Shown: piece by piece, positions 48,657 to 64,000 of the stretch
How the letters are laid out: each line of letters opens with the position of its first letter
Numbering within the stretch: position 1 is the first letter of the stretch
Assembly: GCA_014905635.1 (NCBI GenBank)
Contig: JABVCE010000021.1
Span: forward strand, 372,001-436,000
From: Scenedesmus sp. PABB004
Taxonomy: Eukaryota
Direction of reading: 5' to 3'
DNA: 64,000 nucleotides
Notes under the pieces: model-generated
What the model saw: the letters and a program-made list of their open reading frames with translations, nothing else
Database searches by the model: none
What the model was told of the DNA's origin: nothing
Position numbers and translations under genes: made by a program

Positions 48657-50303
48657 CAGGAGCTGCGCGAGCTGCGCGAGCAGCTCGAGGCGGCCGAGGC
48701 GGCGGCGGCGGACAGCCAGGCGCTGCGCTTTGACTTTGACCGTCTCTGCCAGCAGAGCTTCAAGCTCTCGCGCCGCCTCGAGGCGGCCGAGGCGGCGCGG
48801 GCAGAGGCGGAGCGCGAGCTGCTCGACGCGCGGGCCACGCTCGCGGCGTCGGTTGAGGAGCTGGGCGAGCACCGGGAACTTCAATTGCAGTATGACAAAC
48901 TCTGCCAGGACCAGTACCGCCTGTGAGCGCCCGCGACGGCCCCGCGCCGCGCCCGCGCCGCGCGGCGCGACCTGCCGGGGCGCCCACCTGACGCCGCGCC
49001 CGACACCGCACCGCAGGCGCATGGCGCTGCAGCAGGCACACACCCAGGGCACGGACGCCGCGAGCTCCGCTGCCGCGCTCGCCGCGAAGAACAAGCAGGA
49101 CGTCGCCTGGCTGATGGACGCCCACCGCCGCGAGATGGCGGACGCGCACGCGCGGCAGCAGCAACTTGTGGACGACATCCAGGCGCTGCGCATGCGCCTG
49201 CTCGAGCGCGAGCAGCAGCTGTGGGGCCAGCAGGCCCCGGGCGGCGGCGGCAGCGGCGGCGGCGGCGGCGGCGGCGCCAGCGCGGCGCCTCCCGCGGCCG
49301 CGCCGGCCCCCCGCCGCCGGCGGTGGACGAGGCGGCCATCGCGCTCGCGGCGCAGCAGGACGCGCAGCTCACGGAGCTGCGCGCCGCGGCCGAGGCGCTG
49401 GCGTGTGAGAAGGAGCAGCTGATGGGCAGCCTGCAGGCGATGCAGCGCGAGCAGGCGGTGCTGCTGCTGGAGCTGCAGAGCGTGCGCGACGCGGCGGCGG
49501 CGTCGGAGCTCGCCGCGCCGGGGCCGACCGCGCAGGAGGCGGCGCTGGTGCAGCAGCTCGCGGCGGCGGAGCAGTCGCGCAACTCCCTGGTCGAACAGGT
49601 GCAGGCGCTGCAGGCGAGCCTGCGCGAGGCGCGCGAGGCGGCGGCCGCGGCCGCGGCGGCGCCCGCGCCCGCGGCCGCGCCCGCGCCCGCGCCTGCCGGC
49701 GAGGCGGCGCTGGCGGCGGGGCGGCAGCTGAAGGAGGTCAAGGCCGAGATGGTGCAGCTGCGCGGCCAGCTCGCGGTGACCCGGCGCGAGCTCGCCGCCG
49801 CGGCGGGCCGCGCCGAGGCCGCCGAGGCGGCGCTCGCGGCGCGCGCGGCCGAGTATGAGGCGCGGCTCGCGCAGCTGCAGGCGTGGTACGGCAAGCAGGC
49901 GGCCGTGGGCGCGGCGCTGCGCAAGGGGAGCACCAACCCGGCCGCGGTCGGGCACGCGAGCACCAACCGCTTCTGGGTGCGCCAGGAGCTGGTCTTTGAG
50001 TTTGCCAAGCATTGGGTCGCGGCCGAGGCGGGCATGGCGTCGGCGCCGGGCTTCCTCGCGCTCACCGTCACGCCGCTGCCGGGGCTGACGCCCGACGGCG
50101 GCATGGACCTGGTCGTCACGAGCCTGTGGGACGGCGCGGCCGCGTTCCAGGCCTGGCGCAACGGGCCCGCCGGCGCGGCCGCGAGCCACGTGCCCGCCGG
50201 CGTGTTCCAGTACGTCCCGCCGCGCGGCGGCGGCGTGCCCCTCGACTTTGTGCCCTTCCGCGACGACGACGACGGTGCCGGCGCGGCGGCCAAGCAGCAG
50301 TGA
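48126..50303 (+). CDS. Long coiled-coil protein with C-terminal ABM (antibiotic biosynthesis monooxygenase / IsdG-like) domain; frame break at ~49234-49312
   Basis: Extended Q/E/A/L coiled coil, then TNRFWVRQELVFEFAKHW..APGFL..VVTSLWDGAAAFQAWRNG..H, the usual ABM pattern. Confidence 0.7.
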
Positions 50304-50832
50304 CGCGCGTCGCGAAGATCAGGGGCGGCGCGAAGATCGCTGCGAGAGGTGCCGGCCGCCGCGCGCGGCGCCGCCCGCCGCCGCGACGCGCCAGCCACGC
50401 GCGGGCCGGTGGTCGGCGCGTCCTCCCTCGTGCATGTGACGTGACTCGCAGGGCCGCGGCGCAAGGGCGGATCGGATTCGCGGCCGCCGTTCGGCGCGCG
50501 CCGCGGAACGCGCTCCGCCAGCTGCGCGGCAGCATCGGCGCCAGGTCCGTCAGCCATTACCTGCGCACTCGACGGCGGCGGAGCGCCGTCTCGCGGCGCG
50601 CCTGAGCGCAGGGGGCCAGGGTTGTCCGCGCGAGGCCGCCGCCGCGAGGGTTGCAGGGCGCGAGGGTTGCAGGGTTGTGCGCGCTGGAGGACTGGGGCCT
50701 GCGCCCGCCCGCGCCACGTCACAAGCACACCACAGCGCCGATCACGCGCCGCCTGCGTCGCGCCGCGCCTCACTCCTCCGCTCGCGCCGAGCAGCAGCGC
50801 CCGCGGGCCATCTGCCCCCCGCCCGCGACGCC

Positions 50833-55844
<5,012 letters not shown>

Positions 55845-56866
55845 CGCGGTGAGAGGGGCGCGTGAGGCGCGGCGCGGGCGCCCCCATCGACACCGCGCCG
55901 GCAAGGCGTGACGCGAGCGCCATCTGGCCAAGCGTCGTGACGCGCGCGCGGGGCAGTCCTCGTTGGCGCGCCGCCCGAGGCGTGAGGCGCGCGGGACGCG
56001 CGCGGGGGCGGGGCGCCCCCGCCGACCCTCCCGCAGCGCGGGGCGGGGCGGGCGCGGCCGGCAGCCCCGCCGTGGGCGCGCGGGCGGCGGGGGGGGGGGG
56101 GGGTCAGCGATGCGGCAGCGGGGGCTTGCAATGGGGCTGCGCTCATCGTGTGCTGCGCTGGGCTGGGATGTGTCTGCGTGGCTGCGGGGAGGGGGCGTGC
56201 GGGCGGGCAGCTGCGCGAGGCGGGCGCGCACCGGGCCGCGGCGCTCGCCGGCGCCGGCGCTGCGCCCCTGTGGGGCGGCGGCCGGGCGGGCGGGGCGGCG
56301 CAGCCGCAGCGTGCACTGCTGAGTGCAGGGATGTGATCCGCATTCGTTGCGCCGGCCAGCAGCGCGGCAGGGGCGTGAACTGCTGCAACCGTGCTCCGCA
56401 CGCCGGCGCCGCCTCGATCGACCTTTGCGCGGTTACTCTGCAGCCCCGCCGCTGCAGCGCGCGACGCCCGTGCGCGCCCGCCGGCGCGCACTGTGACTGG
56501 GCGCGGGCGGCGCCCCGGTCGCGCGCGGGCAGCCGCCGCCTGCGCCGTGCGTGCAGCGCAGCGCAGCGCAGCCGCCCCGTGCTCCCGGCGGCCAAAGAAT
56601 GACGGTGCCGCGCCAACCGAGCAGCCAATCTGATGGCGGGCCCCCAGCCCCCTGCGCCCCGCTGCGGCCCGCGCGCGGCGACCAACCCCGCCCCGGCGCC
56701 GCCGCCGGCGCAGCGGCTGCGCTGCGCCGCCGCCGCGGGTCCCCGCTGCGCCCTGTCCCCCGCTGCTCGCCAGCGCCAGCTGCTCCCGGCGAGCCCTGCC
56801 CTGCCCTGCCGCGGCGGCGGCGCCGCCGCCGTCCGATTCGACCCAGCCGCGCCGCGCGCGGCCGCG

Positions 56867-58721
56867 TCAGCCCCAGCGCACGATCGCGCCGGCCCAGGTG
56901 AGCCCCGCGCCAAAGCCGGCCATCGCGAGCACGTCGCCGGGCTTGACCTTGCCCCCCCGCACCGCCTCGTCCAGGGCGAGCGGTATGCTCGCGGCGCTGG
57001 TGTTGCCGTACTCAGCGAGGTTGCTCACCACCTGCGCGCCGCGGCGGCGCGGCGGCGCGGCGGCGCGGCGGCGGGCGCGGTCGGCACGGGTCGGCGGCGA
57101 GCCGACGCGGCGCGGCGCGCGTGCGTGCGCCCCGCCGCCGCCCGCGCCGCGGCGGCCCGCGCACCCGCTCCGCGGGCAGGCCGAGCCGCGTCGCGGCGGC
57201 GTCGAGGATGCGCTGGTTGGCCTGGTGCATGACCAGCCAGTCCACGTCCTCCTTGGCCAGCCCCGCCTGCTCGAGCGCGGCGTCGATGACTGCCGGCACG
57301 CTGCGCACCGCAAACTTGAAAACCTCCTGGCCCGCCATCGCGACGTTGCCGTACGACGCGTCGGTGCTTGCCGCGCCTCCGTCCTGCGGGCGCGCGCGCG
57401 CGGGGCGTCAAGCGCGGCGGGCGGCGCGTGGGCGCGGCGCGCGGCGGCGCGGCGCGCGGCCGCAACGGCAGGCGCGGCGGGCGGAATGGCGGGCGCGGCG
57501 GCGGCGGGCGCCGGCGGCGCCCACCTGGAAGGGCTTGCCGCCGCAGCCGCTGTACATGGCGTGCAGGCTCTTCTGCCCCCGGCCGTCGCTGTGCATGTCG
57601 ACGCCCAGCAGGCTGCACGGCGCGCCGTCGGGCGCGGCCGACACCAGCACCGCGCCGCAGCCGTCGCCAAAGAGGATGCAGGTGCCTGGCCGTACGCGGC
57701 GCGGCGCGCGGACGCGTGAGCGCGGCGGCGCGAGCGCGGCGGCATGAGCGCGCGCGGGGCACCGGCGCTGGCCGCGGCCGCCGCTGGCACGATCGCCGCC
57801 GCTACTGCTGCGTGCCGCCGCCCGGCGCGCGCACCGCGGTCGCGCCAGTCGACGACGCGGCTCATCGCGTCCGCGCCGATGACCAGCACGTGCTTGGCCA
57901 TGCCCGTGCGCACGTACTGACTCGCCGTAACCAGGCCCAGCACAAAGCCGCTGCACGCCGCGGTGAGGTCAAACGCGACTGCCCCGGTCGCGCCGAGCGC
58001 CGCCTGGACCTGCGAGCGTCGCGCGGCGGGCGGTGCGGCAGGTGGGCGACGCTGCCCGACCCCCTGCCCCTGCTGCTGCTGCAGCTGGTGGTGGTGGTGC
58101 TGCTGCTGCTCTCGCTGCTGCTGCTGCTGGTGCTGCTGCTGCCGCCGCTCCCGCCGCCGCCGCCGCCGCCGCCGCTGCTGCTGCGCCGCCGTCGTCGCCG
58201 CGCAGCGCGCCGGTGCAAGCCCCATTCGCCGTCCCCGCCGGCCCAGGGCGGCGCCCCACTCCCCGCTCCACGGGGCGCCCGGCGGCGGCGCCTGCGGCGC
58301 GGCGGCGCACCTGGCAGGCGCCGCCGAACGCGTCGTCGGGCGTCGACGTGGCCATGATCACCATGTTGACCTCCTCCGCGCTGACGCCCGCCATCTCCAG
58401 CGCCCGACGACTCGCCTCGACGGCGTGCTCGCCCATGGTCTCGCCCTCGGCCAGGACGTGGCGCCGCCTGATGCCAGTGCGGCTTGCAATCCACTCGTCG
58501 CTGGTCTCGACCCATGCCTCCAGGTCGGCGTTGCTGAGCACCGTGGACGGCACGGAGCTGCCCACGCCCGCCAGCTTGCAGCCCACCAGCGCCTGCGCCG
58601 CGCTGGCGCGCACGGCGCGCGCCCGGGCGCGCAGCGTGCTCGGCCTGGGCGCCCGGGCGCTCTGCGTGAAGGCGCGCGCCCCGCCCGCCCGGCAGGGCGC
58701 GGCGGAGGCGCCGGCCTGCAT
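56867..58721 (-). CDS. fabH: Beta-ketoacyl-ACP synthase III (plastid KAS III)
   Basis: [27 protein letters not shown] (catalytic Cys), [50 protein letters not shown]. Confidence 0.97.
58070..58185 (-). repeat. CAG/CAC/CGG trinucleotide tract inside KAS III intron 1
   Basis: (ctg)n, (tgg)n and (ccg)n runs lie within the intron 58010-58310. Confidence 0.85.
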
Positions 58722-59085
58722 GCTCGGCGCCCTGATCGCGGCGTTGGGGGGCGCAGTGCTGCCTCAGGCGCGCGGGCCGGGCATCACTGCTGCCAGCTGC
58801 AGCTGCCGCGAGCGACCGATCAGGCGCGGCTCACGGGACGCGCGCGCAGGAGTCCGGGTGGAGCGGACACGGCCGTCGGGCGCCAATGGGTCGAGGACGA
58901 ACGCGCTTAGACCGCGCGGGCGTTATGTGCCGAGGGCGCGCCCAGGACCGTCGCGGTGGTCGCGGTCGCCGCGTAGGCGGCCGCTCAGCTCGATCCAGCG
59001 CCCGCCCCGCCAGCCGGCGCCGGCCGCGCTCCGCCGCCGCCCCGCGCGGCGGCTGCTGCCGCAACCGTCGCCGAGGCGCGCGGCG

Positions 59086-60999
59086 ATGCGGGCGGCGCGG
59101 GCCGCCGCGGCCGCGTTCGCTCGGGCCCTGGCGGCGGCGACGCCTTCACCAGCGGCGCCGCTGCAGGCGGGCGCGGCGTGCGCGGCGCCGCTGCTGGCGG
59201 CGGCGCCACCCCTGCTGCAGTTGGGCGCCGCGGGCGCGGCGCGCCCGCAGCAGCTGCCGGCGGCGGCCGGTTACCACCGCGCGACGCACCGCGCGCGCGC
59301 GCTCACGGTGCAGCTGCGCGCGGCGGTCGCCTGGCCCGACCTGCGCCACCTGGTGGACGCCAGCGGCGGCACGGGGCGGCTCAACGCGCACCACCTGGCC
59401 GCGCTGCTCCAGCAGCTCGCGGCGCTCGCGCCGGCGCCCGCGCTCGCGCCCGCCGCCGAGCGCGCGGCGCTGCAGGCCTTCAGCGCCGACGTCGTCGCGG
59501 CGGTGCGCGCGCGGCTGCGGCAGTTTGACGCACTCGGCCTGGGCATCGTCGCCACCAACCTCGCGCGACTCGGGGTCGACGTGCGCGGCGGCGGCGCCGG
59601 CGGAGCCGGCGGCGGCGGCAGCGACGGCGGCGCCGGCGCCGGCGGCTTGCTCGCCGGGCTGCTCGCGGCCGCGGCGAGGCAGCTGGCCCCGCCGCACGTG
59701 GCGGGCCCGCGCGAGATCAGCTTGCTCTGCGGCGCGCTCGCCAGCCTGCTGCAGCAGCAGCGCCTGCAGGCGGCGCCGGAGCCGGCGGCGGCGCTGGCGC
59801 AGCAGCTGCAGCGCCTGCAGGCGCAGGCGGACGGCGGCGGGGCGCCGGAGCAGCAGCAGCAGCGGCAGCAGCAGGGCCAGGCGCTCGCGGAGCAGGCAGC
59901 GCTGCAGGCGCTGGTGCAGGCGATGACGGCGCGCCTGCGCGCCCTCGCGGCGAGCGGGCGGCTGGCGGGCGCGGACGCCGGCCGCGTTGGCCTGGCGGCG
60001 AGCCGGCTGGCGGCGGCGGTGCAGGCAGGCGGCGGCGGGCCGGCCGCCGCGCCGCTGCAGCTGCAGCGCGACGTGCAGCAGCTGGTGATCGTGCTGGCGC
60101 GGGCGGCGGCGGAGGCCCCAGGCCCGCCCGCGCCGGGCCTGCCGCTGGCAGAGTGCTGCGGGCTGCTGGCCGCGCTGGCGCGGGCGCGCGCGTGGCCGGG
60201 CTGGCCATGCCTTCGCGGCCTGGTCCAGCAGCACAGCGACGCGCTGGGCGAGGGAAGCGGCGCCCTGAGCAAGGGCGCCGCCGCCGCGGGCGGCGGCAGC
60301 CGGCTGACCCCCGGGCTGGCGCCACGGGCGCCGCCGCAGCCGGCCAGGGGCGCGCAGCAGCTGGGCGCGCCGGCGCCGCGCGGCCGCGCCGCGCGGCGCG
60401 AGGGCGAGCCTGCGGAGGGTGATGCTGCGCTCGATGCTGACGTGCTGGCGCGGTCCGTGGCGTCGACCTTGTGGGCGGCGGGCCGGCTGCTGGAGCTGCA
60501 GCAGCAGTCGCTACAGCGCCGCCTGGTGGGGGGCGAGCAGCCGGCGGGCGAGGCGGCGCAGGAGCTCGCGCGGGAGCTGGCAGAGTGCAGCCGGCTCTGG
60601 CAGAGTGCAGCGGGCACGCTCGCAGCCGCCACGGAGGCGCTGCCGTTCTGCACGCCGGTGCAGCTGGCGCAGCTCGGCAGCGGCCTGGCCAGGCTGGCGG
60701 GCGCCAGCACCGCGCTTGCTGAGGCGGCGAGCGCCGCCGCGCGCGACGGCGGCGGCGGCGGGTGCGCCGGCCTGCGCGACGCCGCGCAGGCGCTGGAGGA
60801 GCGGCACCTGCGCGGCGCGCCGCTGCGCCGGCTGTTGCAAGCACACGTCGGCGCGGCGGGCGCGCTGCTGCCGCTGATGGCGCCGCCGCAGCGCGCGCAG
60901 CTGGCGTTGGCGTTTCGGCAGCTGGGCGTGGTGCTGCCGCCGGCGATGCGGCTGGTTTTTGAGCGGGACGCCGCGGCGGGGCTGCACGCGCGCCACTGA
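59086..60999 (+). CDS. Intronless alpha-helical repeat protein (OPR/HPR-like), probably organelle-targeted
   Basis: 637-codon open frame from ATG 59086 with a presequence-like N-terminus. Degenerate repeats: FDALGLGIVATNLARLG, GPREISLLCGALASL, CTPVQLAQLGSGLARL, MAPPQRAQLALAFRQLG. Confidence 0.6.
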   Translation: MRAARAAAAAFARALAAATPSPAAPLQAGAACAAPLLAAAPPLLQLGAAGAARPQQLPAAAGYHRATHRARALTVQLRAAVAWPDLRHLVDASGGTGRLNAHHLAALLQQLAALAPAPALAPAAERAALQAFSADVVAAVRARLRQFDALGLGIVATNLARLGVDVRGGGAGGAGGGGSDGGAGAGGLLAGLLAAAARQLAPPHVAGPREISLLCGALASLLQQQRLQAAPEPAAALAQQLQRLQAQADGGGAPEQQQQRQQQGQALAEQAALQALVQAMTARLRALAASGRLAGADAGRVGLAASRLAAAVQAGGGGPAAAPLQLQRDVQQLVIVLARAAAEAPGPPAPGLPLAECCGLLAALARARAWPGWPCLRGLVQQHSDALGEGSGALSKGAAAAGGGSRLTPGLAPRAPPQPARGAQQLGAPAPRGRAARREGEPAEGDAALDADVLARSVASTLWAAGRLLELQQQSLQRRLVGGEQPAGEAAQELARELAECSRLWQSAAGTLAAATEALPFCTPVQLAQLGSGLARLAGASTALAEAASAAARDGGGGGCAGLRDAAQALEERHLRGAPLRRLLQAHVGAAGALLPLMAPPQRAQLALAFRQLGVVLPPAMRLVFERDAAAGLHARH

Positions 61000-61596
61000 G
61001 CGAGGGGTCACCGTCCCCCGCCCCGACCGCCGCCCCCGCTATTGGTACATCCTGCGTCGTGGGGCCTCCAGGTCTGTGGTCGGGCCACAGCAGGCCATGC
61101 CAGCAACGCTCGATCGAGTACACACGTACGTGCTGGCGGCAGCGCCGGCTGCCGCCGCGCGAGAGCACACGGGGCGCGGCTGCACGCCGCCTGCCGCACG
61201 GCAGAGAGAGACAGCCGCACAGGGCTTTGACAACGCGCACACACACGCCTGAACCCTCGCCCACGAGCCCCCACACGGCCCCACGGCGGAGCGTCCCAGC
61301 GCCGCCTGCCGGGGCGACCACCCGGCCGCCGCCGGCGGCGGCCGCCCGCAAAACCAACTACAGCGACCAGGGGGCGCCGCAGCGGCGCCCTGTTGTACAA
61401 ACTGCCCACGTCGCCCGCCTGACGGCTAGCGCCGGGGCGCAGGCCCCCGCGCCAACGCGGCGTGCTCCGCGCCGCCGCTCTGCACTCCCGCTGGCCCCTC
61501 GCCGCCAGCCCGACTGCTCCCAAGCCCTCCCCGGCGCTCGAGCGCCTCGCCCGCCCCGCACTCGCCCCGCCCCGCCCCCCGCGGCGCCGCCGCCCG

Positions 61597-63348
61597 TCAG
61601 CGCCGCAACCGCGCCGCCTTGACGCCGCCGCCGCCCGCGGCGGCCGCCTTGGCGGCCTTGGAGCCCGGCCCAGCGGGGTGCAGCGTGACGCTGACCAGCC
61701 CCCCGTCGTCGCCGTCGCGCGCGAGCCCCCCAGACGAGGCGAGCGCCGCGCCGGCGCGGCCCGCGGCCGCGGCGGCCGCCGCGCGGCGCTGCGCCTTGTC
61801 CAACACAGCGCGGAAGGTGGCCAGGTACGGCTCCCACAGCGGCGGCGGCGACTCCAGGTCGCTCTGGGCGTTTGGCGGCGGCGCGGGCGGCGAGTCGGCG
61901 CGAGCGCGCGGGCGCGGAGCTGGGCGCGCTGGCTCGGTGCCCTGCGCCAGTCGCGCCGCCGCCGCCGCGGCGCACCTTGCTGATGCCGGCGAGGACGCCC
62001 ACCTCCTGCGGGCTGGGCTCGCGCGGCAGCGACGGCAAGCTCCAGCCCTGCGCCGCACCGCGGGGCAGCAGGCGGCGCGTCACGCGGCGGCGCAGCCGCG
62101 CCGCGGCGAGGCGCGCGCCCACGGCCGCCGCGCCGCGCGCGCCCGCGCGCGCGCGCGCACCAGCTGCGCGAGCGACTTGTTGCCCTTGCGCTGGTTACAG
62201 GCCATGCATGCTGTCACGAGGTTGGTCCAGCTGTTGGCCCCGCCGCGGCAGACCGGGACCACATGGTCCAGCGTGAGCTCGCGGTCGGAGCCGCAGTACC
62301 TGGCGCGGGCGGACGTGGCGGCGCAGGTGAGGCGCGGGCGAGGCGCGGGCGAGGCGCGGGTGAGGCGCGGGCGAGTGGCGCCCCGCGCCGGCCGCCCCCG
62401 CGCCGGGCCGCCCCCCCCCCCCCCGCGGCGGCTCACTGGCAGCGGTGGTGGTCGCGCAGCATCACGTTCTTGCGCGTGAGGCTCAGCCGGCCGGCAAAGT
62501 CGTGCACGTCGACAAACGCGCGCACGCGCAGCACCGCGGGCAGCGGGTGGGCCTTGTACGCGCTGTACGCGTAGCCGCTCGCGTGGTACTCGAGCACGTC
62601 GACCTTGCCGCCCTCGTCCATGACGACCGCGCGGAACCAGCTGACCACGTTGACCGGGAGGTAGCGCGAGTCGAGCACGAGGCACCTGCGCACAGGCGCG
62701 TGCGCGTGTGCGCGGCCGTTTGCGTTTGCGGCCGTTTTTGTTTGCGTGCGACTGCTTGCGCGCGATTGATGGCGCCGGCGGCGGCGGCGCCCGCGGCGGC
62801 GCCCGCAGCGGCGCGGCGCGAGTGCGGGGCGCGCCCCCGCACGCACGCACGCGCGCGCACCTGTAGGCGGACGAGCGGCCCGCGCCCGGCGCGCCGCGCG
62901 GCGCGTCGAGCTCCTCGTCCGAGGAGAAGCAGTCGGGCTCGCGCGGGGCCGCGAGCGGCGCGGCGGGGACGATGTTGTTGGCCACGCCGGCGCCAAAGCC
63001 GAGCGGCGGGCTGCCGCTGAAGCCGAGCGGCGGGTTGGCCAGCGGCAGCGGCGCCGCCGCCGGCGTCTGCTGCTGCTGCTGCCGCGGCGCGGCGGTCGAC
63101 ACCGCGGCGCCCGCGCCGGCGCCGGCCACGGCGACGCCCGCGGCGGGCGCGCCCTTCTTGGGCTTGCCCGCCTTGGCCGGCGCCGGCGCGCCCGCGCCCG
63201 CGGCGGCGCCGCTGCCGCCCAGCACGCGCAGCAGCGAGCGCCGGCCGCGCGGCGCGAGCGCCGCCGCCTGCCGCGGCGCACGCAACGGCGCCGGCGCCGC
63301 GGCGCCGCCGCTGCATACCCGCGCGGGCGGGCCGCGCAGCAGCAGCAT
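61597..63348 (-). CDS. HNH endonuclease-family protein (McrA-like Zn-binding type), probably plastid-targeted; multi-exon
   Basis: [82 protein letters not shown]. Confidence 0.92.
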
Positions 63349-64000
63349 CGTCGCCTGCCTGCGGACGAGAGAGCAGCGGCGGAGCAGCAGCGGTTGGCGC
63401 CGCGCGCGCGCCGCGGTCGCGGTCGCCCCAGGCGCTTTCTCGCGTGCACTCGGGCGAGATCTGGGACGAGCGGCGGGCCGGGAGAGTGGCTGGCGGGCCG
63501 CGACCCGGGTTGCGCGCCAGGCTGGAGCAGCGTGCGCTGCTCGTGGGGCGCATGCAGCCGCCCTGCAGGCCTGCGCAGCACTCGTGCACGCCGCCACGGC
63601 CAGGCCGCGCGCCGTCGCGCAGCGGCACGGGCTGTCGCGGCTGCTGCGCGCCAGGCAGCGCGCTCGACATCGCGCGCCAAGTTTGAGCCCCCCGCGTCCT
63701 GCCGCCTGGCCACGCCGCTGCATGAGGCTGCGCTGAACCGCGTGACTGTCACGGAGCTGCGTGTGCGCCATCCGCCAGCGCACGCGGGGCGCGCGCACCT
63801 TTGTGAGCGACGCACGGCGCGGCGCCTCACGCGCGCTGCTACGGGCGTGGCTGCCTGATCCGAGCTGACGCGAGCTGCGGGGTGCGCGGGTGCTGTGCGT
63901 TAAAGAAGGCCAGTTCGGTGGGCGGGGGTTAGCGGCGGCGCGCGACGTCAAACGCGACGATTCTTGATGCCCATGTACTGCCCCAGCGCGCGCAGCCGCT

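Noticed and set aside
58070..58185. PolyQ/polyH insertion in KAS III protein
   Set aside because: The tract lies inside a GT-AG intron (58010-58310); splicing restores the normal [11 protein letters not shown] sequence.
61597..63348. HNH gene as a homing endonuclease or RNA-guided nuclease
   Set aside because: It is a spliced nuclear gene with a transit-peptide-like leader, matching the ordinary cyanobacterial/plant McrA-like HNH family. No RuvC domain, flanking repeats or host intron/intein.
63400..64000. Possible coding sequence or RNA gene at the right edge
   Set aside because: Only low-complexity frames and at most a short exon-like fragment at the edge; not enough to support a call.

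Overview
Very GC-rich, intron-dense eukaryotic nuclear DNA, most consistent with a chlorophyte green alga (inferred from gene content, a TGTAA poly(A) signal and TTTAGGG-like motifs). Most long six-frame ORFs are GC-bias artefacts, so genes were rebuilt by hand from GT/GC-AG introns. In order: NOP14 (3' part), a nuclear CemA/Ycf10-like gene, a truncated copy of the DiT 5' region, an unusual gene with a putative 2OG-Fe(II)-type dioxygenase domain plus a GATA-like Zn finger, a DiT dicarboxylate translocator, a coiled-coil protein, two divergent callose/1,3-beta-glucan synthases separated by a small membrane-protein gene and a PiT/PTB phosphate transporter, a cytosolic carboxypeptidase, a DUF2358-like protein, a coiled-coil+ABM fusion, an ATP-grasp ligase, KAS III, an OPR-like protein and an HNH endonuclease. 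The most striking observation is the ~3.3 kb dioxygenase-GATA cassette. It lies between near-identical ~210 bp direct repeats, has a templated patchwork junction on the left, and has a perfect 120 bp nested (T-shaped) palindrome on the right. A second 'truncated 5' copy - cargo genes - intact gene' arrangement surrounds the phosphate transporter. Also notable: local gene conversion between the callose synthase paralogs, frequent GC-AG introns, telomere-like motifs in introns and three probable single-base indels.
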